From contig OZ076409.1 of the NCBI GenBank assembly GCA_964187785.1, positions 93,250,001-93,314,000 on the forward strand: a DNA stretch of 64,000 bases, given 5' to 3'. Each line of letters begins with the position of its first letter. The stretch's first letter is position 1. This DNA comes from Amphiscolops sp. MND2022. Its lineage: Eukaryota. The position numbers were made by a program, and so were the translations under genes. The notes below the pieces were generated by a model. That model made no database searches. It worked only from the letters and a program-made list of their open reading frames with translations, and was not told where the DNA came from. Below are positions 27,067-38,923 of the stretch, in pieces.

Positions 27067-30000
27067 TCATCGCGTGGGGGCGGTAGAATAAATTTCCTCT
27101 TGCGTTCCAAATCTAACTGTAGGTGGTCTAAAGTCTTTGTGGTCAGTTTCTACTTGCTGATAGTCTATTCTCGTAGTTTTTTCTGGTGAAATTGCTTGTG
27201 GGCCGTGTCGTTCTTGTACTTGTGGAACTATTTCTTCTGAAGGCTCTTCTTCGACTAAGTCTTGATCTAGATTGTCATTCTCATTCTGATCTACTTCGTC
27301 GTTTGTCGGAATATTCGAGTCGAATATGTCCGTGTCTTCAACCCTTTCAGTGTCTGGGTAAAGATGTTTGGACACGTTGATGTCATCAATCGGAAATTCC
27401 GGTTTGAAGAACCTCAGTCGCATTCTGTGTACGCACTGAGTCTGGTGTGTGCCTACTTTGCGGATGATGTAGTTGCTATCGGATAGCACTTTCACCACCT
27501 TGTACGGTCCTTTCCAATGGAAAGTTTTAAACTCTTCCTTGCTTCGCTGAGAGTCGTACTTAGGGTCTAGTAGGAACACGAACTCATTCACCTTCAGTGG
27601 CTGCGCTCGTGCTTTTCTATCATAGGACATTTTGTACTTGTGATAGGCGGAGATGATGTTGTCTAGATTGTCTCTGAAGATGAAGTTCATTTTGTCTAGA
27701 ATCTCATTCACGTCCTTGCACTTTGTTTCAGCCGGCTTGTTTGCGTTACGAAATTGCAGGTCTAGTGGGTTGTACGGTATTCTGCCATGGAAAATTTCAG
27801 TTGGTGAACATTTCAGTGAGTCGTGGTAAGTTGTGTTATGGGCCATGATTGCTATGTCGACATAGCGGTCCCATTGTGGTCTGTCTGCGTTTACACTAAT
27901 TTTAAGGATCTTTTTCAGTTTCGCGTGCGTTCTCTCCACCATGCCTATTGTCTGTGCGTGTTTTATAGTGGCGTGGGAGATGTGAATATCAGCTGTTTTC
28001 GCGATTTCAGACAGAAGTTCAGCCGTAAACGCGGTGCCTTTGTCCGTCAGAATGTGCTTTGGCACATAAGCGTGTTTCGTGAAGATCGACAGTAATCCTC
28101 TGACAACAGAGTGCGTGTCAGGTCTCTTCAGCGGAACGGGGAACAGGTAGCGTGAAAAAACGTCAACAGCCGTCAGAATGTGCGTAAACCCGTTCGACGC
28201 CGGGGGTGGACCGACAATATCTATTTCCAACAGGTCTTCCGGTCCGTCGCACGGGTCGTAGATTTTCTGTAACGGTGGACGTAGTTGCAGTTCTTTTACG
28301 CTTTTAGATTTCATGCAGTTTTCACATCCGTCTAGTACCTTTTGGACTTTACAAGCTAAGTTTGGGGAGTAAAATCTTTTACGAAGTTCATACAACATTT
28401 TCCTCAAACCAGGGTGTCCTTGTACCGGGCTGTTATGCAGAGTCCTGATTATTTTCAAGATACAGTCTTCAGGAACGACTAACTGTTTGTGAGACTCCAG
28501 TCCCGTGTGATCAAAAAACTGTCTGTACAAGACACCGTTCACGACTTGTAAGCGTTTACGATTTTTGTGCAGCTTTTGAAAAAACTGATTTTGCATACTA
28601 ACTGGTTGTTGCAAAATTTCAGAACCTTCTAAAAATTTAATCATTTTTTGAATAACCCAGTTAGTTTTTTGAATCTTAATTAGATCGATCCCCTCAGCGG
28701 GGCTAAACTGACTCATTACCGGGCTTGATAATGATACTTTACTGATGAATTGCGTGAGCTGTATCGGCTCGTCCGCATCTGTGAGGCGGTACGTCAGATG
28801 GTTGTCAGTCGCGAAGTCATCTGAGGCCGCTGTTCTCTCACAGTTGGTGAACTTCATCCTTTTCCCATCGTCATGAGCCACATCAATGCCAGGTGCCAAG
28901 TTCATCTCTTTGACATCCTTCTGGCGTTTGCATCTGAGTGGTTCACTTATGGGAAAGTAGTCAGGCTCGTCTTCTTCCTGTTTCGGTGTTCTGGAAGCGA
29001 TGTCGATCTCGATTCTGGGAATGGGAATGGTATCAGTCAATTTTAAATGGACACGGTCTTCAGGTCTAATCTCAAGGCGAGATAAGTAATCCGCAGCGGG
29101 ATTTTCAACTCCTGGTACATGTGCTAATAGAAAATTGAACTGAAACGTTTGATCACAAAAATTCCAAAGTGAAGGCGGGATGTGCTTCGCCTGAAAAAAT
29201 CTGGTTAAGGCTTTATTGTCGGTCATAACAATGATGGATTTTTTCGCACCCCACAAAATGTGGCCAAATTCATCAAATGCAAAATGCATCGCAAAAAACT
29301 CCTTGGCATACATTGTTAGAGACATCTGGCCTCCCTGAAATTTCTTAGAGCCAAAGGCAACGGGGGCGTATGTTTGTTTGGCTGACGGGTCAGCATAATC
29401 CTCAATTAACAAAACATAGCCGGCAGCGTGTTCGCTGGCGTCACACATGATTACCAATCGTTTATCAGGTAATGGCAATTTCAGAGACACTTTTGTTGCT
29501 TTCAATAGACTTTCGTTAATTTCAAAAATAGCGTCTCTATGTTGTTGGTTCAGTTTGAAAGGGACGTCTTTCTTGATCAGTTCCTGTAAACAGCAGGTTT
29601 TATCAGCTAGACGGGGAATATATGATCTGTAAAAGTTTACAAAACCAAGGTAACGTTGCAACGCTTTCACTGAGTTGGGGGGTTTCAACTTGCTCAAGTA
29701 GTCTGTTACGCGTTTTTCAATGGGAGCAATACCGGTGCTAGAAATGGTTTTGCCCAAGTACTCATTTTGCTTTTGTCCAAATTCACATTTCGTCATGCTA
29801 AGTTTAAGGCCAGCTTTGTTCAACTGCTGAAAAACAAGTTCAAGGTTATTAATCAGTTCTTCAGGAGTGTGTGCTGCAATTCCAATGCCATCAACATATT
29901 GAGCACACCGGTCCGCTTTGACCAAGGGGTCCAAATACTCACGGACTACGCTTGTGAATGCTGACAAAGAACGATTAAGACCCTGTGCCAGACGTAAGAA

Positions 30001-31926
30001 TGCAAAAGTTCTAGAACCAAAATTAAACGATAACAGTTGGACTGACTGCTCGTCGGCCATTGGTATGCAATGGTAGGCCTGGGAACAATCAAGTTTGCAA
30101 AAATACTTTTTCCCGGCCATGTGTTGGGCAGCGTCAGCAATTGTAGTTACGGGATGATTGTGCTCTCCGTAATCGTTTTTGATCAGATGGTTTATTCTTC
30201 TCAAGTCAACTAAAATCCTCAATTTACCATTAGGCTTACGTTGAGCAAATATCGGAGACGAGTATTTACTATGAGGCAATGTAGGTATTATCCCGTACTC
30301 TTGCATTAGAGCTAACTCCACGAGCAAATCGTCCTTCAAATTTGTCGGAGTCGGGAGACTTTGTGAATAAACTGGTTCTTGATGTAGTGGGGTTAACTTA
30401 ACTTTAAAATCAGTATTCATACGAATATCAAAACGATGTCTAGCAAAAATGGAGTTGTACTTTACCAACAACTCCTCTACCTGTAACTGTTGAGACGGAG
30501 TAAGAAGTGAGTCGTCCCAGTTGAAGTTCTTCAGGAAGTTCATCCGTTGTTCATCGGATTGAGACGGGTCAAGCTTCTCGAGTTCTCGCAGTGCCAGAAT
30601 CTCATCATATATTCGTCGCTCAATTGCGTTGAGTTTGTTTGGGTCACTGCACGTCTTTGGAGTTGGGTACCACTTTGTTGACTTCATGTCAGGGTTCACG
30701 AACAATTGGTTGATCACTGCTTCCGCCTCGTCTGGGTACTTGGTGATCAAGTTCAAGTGTTCCACTGATATGGGCGTGATGTTGGCCGCCTGATGTGGTG
30801 TCGGTATGCGAAAGTGTGCCAGAGTGGTGTTGGCTTCAAGTGTGAACGTGTGGTTGTTCGGATTGGTGACCTGGATTGTCGTCTTTCCCTCATCTAGGTC
30901 AACCAAAGCTGGGGAAACAAGCAAACACGTCTTTCGCATGAAGGCAGGTGAACCCTCAACTGTACCAGTTGTAAGTGAGATGTCCGCGTCGCTGTGGACC
31001 TGTATCATCACTTGATGTAGAGGAGAGATAACTGTTCTATTACTGGAGCACAAATTGATTAAACCAGTCTTAAATTTGTTGTTCTTTTGCTGTCTGACTT
31101 GCATGGACATCATGTGATTGGGGAAGTGGACAAGGTGGTTTTTGGTGTCTAAATTAACTGAGTACTTTTCAAAAAAGGACATTCCAATTAAAATTGTTCC
31201 CATTGTTGGAAGGATCAGGAACGTTTCTTCAAAGACTTTTCCAGCAACGTAAAATCTAAGTAAGACTTTTTTGCGTACTGGGACTAAGTTCCCATTCGCT
31301 ATTTGGATTTTGAAGTTCGGTGGGGGTAGTTCTTGAAGGATGGCTTCTGGATGAGCTATGGTTATTTTTCGCAATTCTGCTTCAGACATTGCGCTTTGAA
31401 TTGCGCCTGTGTCTAAAAGAGCGTGATTTTCGTATTTATCAAACTGAAGAGGGACATAAAGCATTTTGTCTTTTTTATTTAAATGTAAAGTGGGACTGAG
31501 AACATGAATTTCTGTTTTAGTTGCATGTTTTTTAGCTTTCGAACTGTTAATACTACTCTGTGTTGCATGTTTTTTAATACTAAGCCGTGTGTCGTTAGTC
31601 GTGTGAAGAGTCGAGTCATCTTGAAGATGGTTGGTGTCCATCTCTTTGGCATCATCCACCTGCCTCGTGGTGTTGTGTTGCCAGTTCATCTGATGTTCAT
31701 CGTTGATTTCGGCGAGTGCGGAAAAGCGGCTGCCGTTGTGTTGATGTGCCTTTCCCATCGCTTTTTCATCGTTGGAAAATCTTCGCTGATAGACGTCGTC
31801 AGCTTTTGGTCGTTTGTCCAGTGAAGGCTGCCATTTCTTCATTGGACGGTTGTGTGTAGTCGGTTGAGTCGAAAGTCGTATGTCGCGCGTGGTATTTCTA
31901 GCGGGCGGAAATCGTGGCTGAATCAA
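27067..31926 (-). CDS. pol: Gypsy pol polyprotein (protease, RT, RNase H, integrase); RT active site mutated
   Basis: 1619-aa ORF: LLDTGA protease; RT with LDCSQAY and QYVDG (YxDD degenerate); RNase H CDASEHAAG; integrase H-H-C-C (HNSPVQGH...CENC), D-D-E (EIDIVG, LTDKG, VERTH) and GPY module. Confidence 0.95.
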   Translation of the reverse strand: MIQPRFPPARNTTRDIRLSTQPTTHNRPMKKWQPSLDKRPKADDVYQRRFSNDEKAMGKAHQHNGSRFSALAEINDEHQMNWQHNTTRQVDDAKEMDTNHLQDDSTLHTTNDTRLSIKKHATQSSINSSKAKKHATKTEIHVLSPTLHLNKKDKMLYVPLQFDKYENHALLDTGAIQSAMSEAELRKITIAHPEAILQELPPPNFKIQIANGNLVPVRKKVLLRFYVAGKVFEETFLILPTMGTILIGMSFFEKYSVNLDTKNHLVHFPNHMMSMQVRQQKNNKFKTGLINLCSSNRTVISPLHQVMIQVHSDADISLTTGTVEGSPAFMRKTCLLVSPALVDLDEGKTTIQVTNPNNHTFTLEANTTLAHFRIPTPHQAANITPISVEHLNLITKYPDEAEAVINQLFVNPDMKSTKWYPTPKTCSDPNKLNAIERRIYDEILALRELEKLDPSQSDEQRMNFLKNFNWDDSLLTPSQQLQVEELLVKYNSIFARHRFDIRMNTDFKVKLTPLHQEPVYSQSLPTPTNLKDDLLVELALMQEYGIIPTLPHSKYSSPIFAQRKPNGKLRILVDLRRINHLIKNDYGEHNHPVTTIADAAQHMAGKKYFCKLDCSQAYHCIPMADEQSVQLLSFNFGSRTFAFLRLAQGLNRSLSAFTSVVREYLDPLVKADRCAQYVDGIGIAAHTPEELINNLELVFQQLNKAGLKLSMTKCEFGQKQNEYLGKTISSTGIAPIEKRVTDYLSKLKPPNSVKALQRYLGFVNFYRSYIPRLADKTCCLQELIKKDVPFKLNQQHRDAIFEINESLLKATKVSLKLPLPDKRLVIMCDASEHAAGYVLLIEDYADPSAKQTYAPVAFGSKKFQGGQMSLTMYAKEFFAMHFAFDEFGHILWGAKKSIIVMTDNKALTRFFQAKHIPPSLWNFCDQTFQFNFLLAHVPGVENPAADYLSRLEIRPEDRVHLKLTDTIPIPRIEIDIASRTPKQEEDEPDYFPISEPLRCKRQKDVKEMNLAPGIDVAHDDGKRMKFTNCERTAASDDFATDNHLTYRLTDADEPIQLTQFISKVSLSSPVMSQFSPAEGIDLIKIQKTNWVIQKMIKFLEGSEILQQPVSMQNQFFQKLHKNRKRLQVVNGVLYRQFFDHTGLESHKQLVVPEDCILKIIRTLHNSPVQGHPGLRKMLYELRKRFYSPNLACKVQKVLDGCENCMKSKSVKELQLRPPLQKIYDPCDGPEDLLEIDIVGPPPASNGFTHILTAVDVFSRYLFPVPLKRPDTHSVVRGLLSIFTKHAYVPKHILTDKGTAFTAELLSEIAKTADIHISHATIKHAQTIGMVERTHAKLKKILKISVNADRPQWDRYVDIAIMAHNTTYHDSLKCSPTEIFHGRIPYNPLDLQFRNANKPAETKCKDVNEILDKMNFIFRDNLDNIISAYHKYKMSYDRKARAQPLKVNEFVFLLDPKYDSQRSKEEFKTFHWKGPYKVVKVLSDSNYIIRKVGTHQTQCVHRMRLRFFKPEFPIDDINVSKHLYPDTERVEDTDIFDSNIPTNDEVDQNENDNLDQDLVEEEPSEEIVPQVQERHGPQAISPEKTTRIDYQQVETDHKDFRPPTVRFGTQEEIYSTAPTR

Positions 31927-31932
31927 AAACCC
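31926..31932 (-). promoter_or_regulatory. Putative -1 ribosomal frameshift heptamer G GGT TTT at the gag-pol junction
   Basis: Reconstructed gag frame reads ...GAC ATT AGT TAG GGT TTT TGA; the -1 frame GGG TTT TTG ATT CAG is the pol frame, fitting X XXY YYZ. The TAG just upstream looks like a lesion. Confidence 0.55.
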
Positions 31933-33093
31933 TAACTAATGTCTTCATCAGAGTAGCTTTTCTGTTCCTCTTCGTCAGCAAATGCTTGCATCGGGTTCAT
32001 TGGTCTTTGTTGTCGTTTTAAGTCCTGTCTTCTAGCCTTATTGTCGTCTTGTGAATTTGTGGCATAGGGATCTTGCCATATGCAGAGCTACTTTCTTCGG
32101 GAATGCGTCGTCTGCAGTCTCTTGCTGAGTGGCCTGAGCCACAAATCTGACAAACCAGCTTGGGATTGTACTTCGGTTTGTCTGGGTCGGCTGCTTTCTT
32201 CATCGGAATTGCATCTTCCTTCTTGATGCCATTTGCTTCGTCACGTTGAAGGGCGCGACATTCCGTTTTGCGGTGACCTGTCTTTCCGCTGTAGAAGCAT
32301 TGTCCCTCGAATCGTTTTCGTTCAGTTGGTTGTGTTGTCGTCGTTGCTGCTGGTTTGGTTGTTTCATTGTTCGTTGGAACAGAGGAGATGACTGCGTTGA
32401 ATGGTTGAATTGTCGTAGGCGGCGCTGCATACTGTTGGTATTGATACTTTCTCATCAAGTATGTCTTGATTTCCTCGGAGGAACTCTCTTCCTTGTTGGC
32501 CATAGTGAGTTCTTGTTGAATATCGACCGGAAACTTGCCGAACAAGAACATTCTGATGACTCTATCCGCTTCTTCTCCAAAGGCTTGCTTCGCGGTCGTC
32601 TTCAATTTTCTGAGGAAATCGCTGAATGTTTCTGTTGTGGGATCGTAACGGACCTGATCCCACTTATAACGAGCCACTTCCTTAAGATCCTCCTTCGCGA
32701 ATTCTTTTCTGAACATGTCCAGCACATCTTTCAGCGTTGTCAGTGGCGTTATTTGGATCGATTGCCAATACTTGATCGCTTCGTCTCTCAAAAGGCTTTG
32801 AAAGAAATGAAGTTTGTTCTCCTCAGTTATTTTATTGGCTAACGGGCTGAGGTGGTTGAGGAGAAGGTGTTCAAATTCCACGAATTTGTTTTTTTTGTCC
32901 TCTGAAGTTCGGTACGTGTGTCTGTAGTAGTTTTGTAGTGCTCTTTATCCGTTGCGAGATCGTCTCGATGGCGTTCAACAGCCGTTCTTCGTTGCTTCTG
33001 GGAGTTGATTCGCCTTCTTCGTCTGTGTCGTCGTCTTGATATCGGCGGAAGTGTGTGAAGCCGGATAGCGGGCGGGCGGGGCGGGTTCCTGTA

Positions 33094-33106
33094 ACTCCTG
33101 TCACCA
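33094..33106 (-). promoter_or_regulatory. Primer-binding site (possibly tRNA-Leu type)
   Basis: TGGTGACAGGAGT immediately follows the 5' LTR; resembles the TGGTGTCAGGAGT complement of a metazoan tRNA-Leu 3' end (1 mismatch, from memory). Confidence 0.6.
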
Positions 33107-35297
33107 GGTCGAACCCTTGTTGTTGGGCCGGCTTTGAAGGACCTCTCGAGCTAGATGGCTGCGATTCGCTACTGTTCGTGCTTACAATCGCCATCATTAA
33201 GTCCTTCAATTGACTAAATTCTTGATGTAACTCACTAATTCGGCGTTCGTAACTCTCTTTTATTTCAGACAACTGAGAAGAGATATCCGAACTGTCGTTG
33301 GTGTCAGAATCATTCGAGTTTGCCTGGGCCATGTTTGGATCAGCAGGAGATTCTATTTCTGATGAGGAATCAATAATTCTGCCGCTTCTGAGTACCGTTC
33401 CTTGGTCCTGATTCATATAGATAAGTGAAAAGATTTGTTAGTGAAGACTGGAATTTCTGAGATGTTATTGGGATGTATTTTACTGTTTTATATCTGATTA
33501 TGCGATCTCGAATTCACTAATCTTGAACCGAGATGAGTTCGAGATGAGTCGTACAAAAAAGCAAGTATCCAGTGATTAGAAGGAAATAGCAAAGGTAGAT
33601 AGGAAAGTTCATCCGGTTTTCATCACGGTGTAGATTTACCAAAGAAATTACTCAGGTAGTCGTGTTATAGTTTTCAGAGATGAATTAAGGATGTATTTTC
33701 AAGTAGAATTCTGGCGTGAAGTATCCAACTGGACGGTAACTCATCGTAATTCGGTGTGAGTAATCTCTAATGGCGGCTTAAACCACAGCAGTTCACGTGT
33801 CTTTTCAGGCTGGTAGGACGCTAAGTCTCTTACCAGCCTCTTTTCATTGGCTACTGCCGGTTGGTGCTAATTGGTAAGTCACGTGACCGGTGTTGTGAAC
33901 TGCCGCAGGGTGGCCACGCATCATGATCAATCTACATACGTGTAAATGGTTGTTGATCATCACTTTACAGTGTCGCAATTGCCTGCACATACCACAATGG
34001 TGTCTATAGCAACGAAAATTAGTTCAAAGTATTCAATAGCACACTGATTTCAAGTCAAATTAGGGTAAAATGCATTGCGAGATAGGAAAACGATGTTTTC
34101 CAGTTGATTCTAGCACTAAAATCGATATTCTGAAATTGAGGATGGATATGCAATGAAATGTAGTCTTTCTCGCCCAAAAATCAACACTATTTAAATGGCG
34201 ATGGTAAAGGGATGAACTTCCTCTATAAATTACCAATTTCCAGCACAAACTAGATTGATGATGAATTTAGGATGGATTCAATCGATAAACTCCTAGCTCT
34301 AGCGCAAATTAAATCAGAGATGAGTTTAGGATGAACTCATTAGATAAAACAGCAATTTTCAGTGCAAGTCAAATTAGCGATGAGTCTCGGATGAACTCAA
34401 CTAATAAAGCAGTAAATTCTAAGGCAAATCGAATTAGCGATGAATTTGGGATGAACTCGTCCACTAAAACGGCAAACTCCAGTTCAAATAAAATCGGGAT
34501 GGATTAAGGATGAATTTACCAAACAAATCAGACAAATCAGCACATTCACTCTTTTTGGATGAGTTAGGGATGTACTTTCTCATTTTTCTTTCTGTTTTAC
34601 TAGTCAGGAGATGAATAAGGGATGCGTTACTGTCCTTAAGAAATGAGAAGCACATTGGAAGTTTCTAAATGAAATATATCGATGAAATTAAGATGAAGTT
34701 GCTAAAATAAGGTCCCATAAAATCCGCTGATGGATTGGTGATGAAAATCAGTTTAAGGTCCCAATCGTCGTTCACCCGCAATTTCGGAGATGAAATTGCG
34801 ATGAACTTCATTCAAAATAGCTCCAAATTAACTCCGCTGATTGATCTAATGAAATCGTAAGTCAAATTGGTTTCATCGTTGAATCCGCTGATGGACTAAC
34901 GATGAATTTTATGAAAGTGTTGTCACGACTACAAGTCCTGAGGCGGGGAGCTAGTGGAAGTTACACATTTCATCATTTTTTCAATATCTCTCGGTCCAGT
35001 CTGACCGGAAAACTTCTCTCCCTTGTCGTGACAAACCAAATTTTTGAAATATAGCACATTCAAGGCCATTGGCAAGATCATTTATGCGGACACCGGAACT
35101 AGAGCGCTCAGTGTTAAGTAAATATATATAACTCAAACTCATGGGGGAATGGGGGGATTAAGTACATGTAACGTAGGGTTGCTCACAACCATGGCTCTTA
35201 TTATATAACATCATATTGCCCATATCTAAGTACATAAGACATAATATTTACATTACAGATATTTAGTAGATTATATTTCCATCATGCTGGCATGACA
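33107..35297 (-). repeat. 5' LTR (~2.19 kb)
   Basis: Starts TGTCATGCC on the minus strand; ends GGGTTCGACC (CA>CC relative to the 3' LTR), followed by the PBS. Confidence 0.93.
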
Positions 35298-38200
35298 GTA
35301 TTGGATATAGGACAACACAAAGTAGTGAATTTCAGTACGTGATAGCTTGTTTGGTAGCGCGAAAAGCTGCGGTATAATAGGTACGCTGATCAAGCTGCAG
35401 TTGGCGTCGATTTTTGTTTGTTTTCATTCACTTTTGTCAGTTCATCTGTTGAATTTCTTGACACGATCTTGCAAGATCTGGCAAATTCGTGGACTTCTTG
35501 GTAAGAATCTTAGCATGATTCTTACCAAGAAATCCAAGAATATGCAAGATTCTTATCAAGAGTTGCAAGAGTTTTTACACTGGGTAGACAATGAAAAACA
35601 GGAAGATCAATAAAAAGCAAACAAAAATGTTTCCAAAACCCACAAGTATCAGAAACGTAGTTTGCAAACCAAATAAAACTTTTTAGCACGGAGAGTGGAC
35701 TTATGGGCTAAATTCAACTATACTTTCATAAAAGTTCCAGACAAGCACCATTGTAATTTGGATTGATTTTCGCAAGTTTTCTTTAAAGTCTCCTCATAAT
35801 CAACAGCTTTAGAGATTTTAGCAGAAAACTGGAGTTGCAAACGTTAGCAAATGGAGTTTCTATTATCTTGTTTTTTGTATTGAAAACCGAGATGAGCGAT
35901 GGCTTGCTAGTGTAACTTTCGTTGATTTTCACAACCGATACCATACTTAAAAATGTCGCAATTGTATGAAGTTCATCAAAAATTCCAGCTAGTTTTGTGT
36001 TCCAGCTAGTTTCCGACATTTCCATCTAAAATGTTTTTTATATCAGCACTGTCTAATCTAAATATTTTTGTTTATTGATATGACGGCATTGGCGTCACAA
36101 ATGTGATGAAAGGCATAGGGCGGCCGACATGAAATCTTTACGTAATAGCCGGAGTTCGTTATTTCGGTTTGCAATGAATCCGATATGTTGTGTTTTTGTC
36201 GAAGGGGTCTCCTTACCACTTTTTACAGCTTTGCAAAAGTCTCCAAGAAACATTATGAAATCAGTCACTTCGTCGGTCTTCTAAAAATTTTTTTAAAAAC
36301 AAAAGCCTCTACTATAGTCGTGAGGAAATTTCAAAAAGAGTGCTTCTACCACCTTCTCATTGGCAAAAACGTAATCCAAAAGAACGTCAATAATTCGGTA
36401 TTAGCATGGTTGAATTCGAAACAAGCCGGGATTGGGCAAGTCGGCGCCCAGTGCTCAAAAAGAACCAAGTCTTCTAAATATACTAATTAACAATTATTGA
36501 GCAAATGTTTCATCAACCTCACAGCACCAAAAAAGAAAAGCAATAAATACGTCTGAAGCTTCTCATTATTTGTTGTTACCTCATTATTTTCACTTCAAAC
36601 TTGGTAAAAAACGACCCATAGGTTTGAAAATTGAATCTCACCTTTTCAGAAATACTTAACTTGGAGCTTGCTATCAACCAGTCAGCTCTTGATACCAGTC
36701 GTAGCTCCTAAACACATTGTGTCAATTACCGTAACTGATCCCGGGTTGACCCTCTTACTAGCATCTTGGCTGTCTTGGCAAGATCTTGCCAAATTCTTAC
36801 TACATCTTGGCAACCATGGATCCCATGGCAAGATTCTTATTAAGATCTTACTAAGATAATACTTATTCCAAGATCGTATCTTATCACGATGGACAAAATT
36901 TTAAGATTATAAAAAAACACTATACCTTCGGTACAAGCAGCCGAGACTCAACCTAAAGGCTCATTTCACCCAACAACGACTATTTCAACTCGTTTTCATA
37001 ATCAAAATGCTTAAACCTGCTGAAGAAATTTTGCATGCAAAATTGTGCGAAAAATTACGATAACGTAGTCTGGCTTCCAAAATTTTGACGAGAATCCTAA
37101 TACTGCTCACCTGTTTAGGACTGAGAAATGCGAATGTACCAAATGAAAGGTCATTTCAAGGGCTTTCCAAAACTTGTAACTTATCACTCCTGTCGATTCC
37201 AGAGACGGAGAAATATGCTCTCAAACGTTCAGACCCACTATCGGAAAGTTACCAAGAAAAGACCTTAAAATACGGAAATTTTTGTAAAAATCATATTTCC
37301 ATCTTTCTTTGAGCCTGTTTCAGCAGCCTTATTTACTGCTAGAAATGGCGGTCATTGCTCTAAGTTGGGTAATGATTCAGCTCAAGGCTTTTCTGACGCC
37401 GTTGTTGACGACAGTTTTGCAATTGAAAGAACAATATCGATATCGAATTGGTTGTAAAAATCATTCAGTAATTTTGTTTTGAGTGAAGTCTAGATTATTT
37501 TTCCATAACTCTTGGATTTTTCTTGGAAACATGGCTCTCTTGATAAGATCTTACCATGGAATCTTGCAATTCTTAGCAATATCTTGTCACGATCTTAGCT
37601 AAGATTTTTCCAAGATCTTGGCAAGATCTTGCCAAGATCATTACGACGCATATCCCTACACTTTTTGAAAACTGCGGAATTGACTGCTAACCGCAGGTAG
37701 CACCTATCAGACCTGGAATCCGCTGTTTAAAATGACGGATTTCAAAGACACACTTTATAACATGTGCAGCGGATTCCACTTGCAATTTTTTCTGGATTCC
37801 GGGGACAAATCTCTTTACGTTGAATTTTTGGTGGAATTCAGAGGCATATATTATTATATTAGACAGCAGTGGATTCCGCAGTCGCTGTACCGGAATCCGG
37901 GGTCACATAATATTACACAGCGTAAAAACAGCGGATTCCAAGGACAATCTTTCGTAATGTAGAGGAAAAAACAGTGGAATCCACTGCTGCGACAGCGGAT
38001 TCCGCAACAGCACCAAGGTTACTTGAGAGTTTACTTGATTAGTTACTGCTAAAACAAGTTGACCAGCCTGCTTCTACTGAATACCTCTCATTTGAAGATT
38101 CACAATTGATAAGCAAGTCTTAGCTGAAGAATTCTCGAAGTCTTCTTACCTCTTACATATTCTTCCTATTTAGTCTTCTTCAAAAAGTTTTGATTCTAAA

Positions 38201-38311
38201 TCAAGGTAAGTAACATTTATACTCTTCAACCTAATTGTCAGGATTATTTGAGGGAATCTCTGTATAAGATAAAAATATACAAATATAAATAATATATAAT
38301 ATATAAATATA

Positions 38312-38606
38312 CCGTATATTCCGGCAAATAAACCCCTTTTTTATTTTTCTTTTTGAAGAAATTTCAGAGCTAGAAATGACAGATTTTAGTAATGAAATGA
38401 AACTCCGATTTTAGTAGAATTGAAAATTGAATTTATACCAAGAAACTTCATTCAATTTACACCTATTGAACTTTTATTTTCTTTTATTTTTCTTGATATA
38501 TGACGAACATACCATAAATCAAAAACGTCTTTTTCAAAATTGGGAGGGGGCTTACTAAGCCCTCCGAATAGTATACGGAGGGGGGCTTATTCGCCGGAAT
38601 ATACGG
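38312..38606. mobile_element. 295-bp Tc1/mariner/pogo-type MITE nested in the giant transposon
   Basis: TA|CCGTATATTCCGGCAAATAAACCCC ... GGGGCTTATTCGCCGGAATATACGG|TA. Confidence 0.8.
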
Positions 38607-38923
38607 TATCTGCATTTATAACGAGACCGGGCTCATTTAGGGGAATCTCTGTAATTAAGATATATATTTGCCTATGTATTAAGGATAAGATTTAAAACAC
38701 CATGGGACAAGATTTAGTCTCCGTATACGATATATTTCTCTGTATTCAGAACAGGGCCGGGCTCATTTAAGGGAATCTCTGTATTTAAGATAATTATTTG
38801 TATCTCTATATTTAACTCAAAACAGAAATTAAAACGAGTAGGTTTTAGCTGAACGAACACTTGACTAGGTTACTGAAAGATCCAAAATAGAATGTATAAA
38901 ATGGCAGTTCTACAAGCAAAGAG

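Larger units (their letters stand above)
31923..33416 (-). pseudogene. gag: Gypsy gag (two zinc knuckles), frameshifted
   Basis: ORFs 32871-33416 and 32018-32881 join by removing one A from an A8 run (~32889-32896); second frameshift near 32067; knuckles CFYSGKTGHRKTEC and CQICGSGHSARDC; ATG at 33416 lies inside the 5' LTR. Confidence 0.85.
16670..35297 (-). mobile_element. Full-length 18.6-kb Ty3/Gypsy LTR retrotransposon with antisense cargo gene
   Basis: Direct repeats 16670-18861 and 33107-35297; TG...CA outer termini; 5-bp TSD GTATT (16665-16669 and 35298-35302); gag and PR-RT-RH-IN order pol on the minus strand. Confidence 0.95.
16422..35584. mobile_element. Older MITE (halves 16422-16669 and 35298-35584) split by the Gypsy insertion
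   Basis: CCCAGTGTAAAAACTCTTG at 16422 is the reverse complement of CAAGAGTTTTTACACTGGG ending at 35584; CTTG/CAAG-rich subterminal repeats in both halves. Confidence 0.75.
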
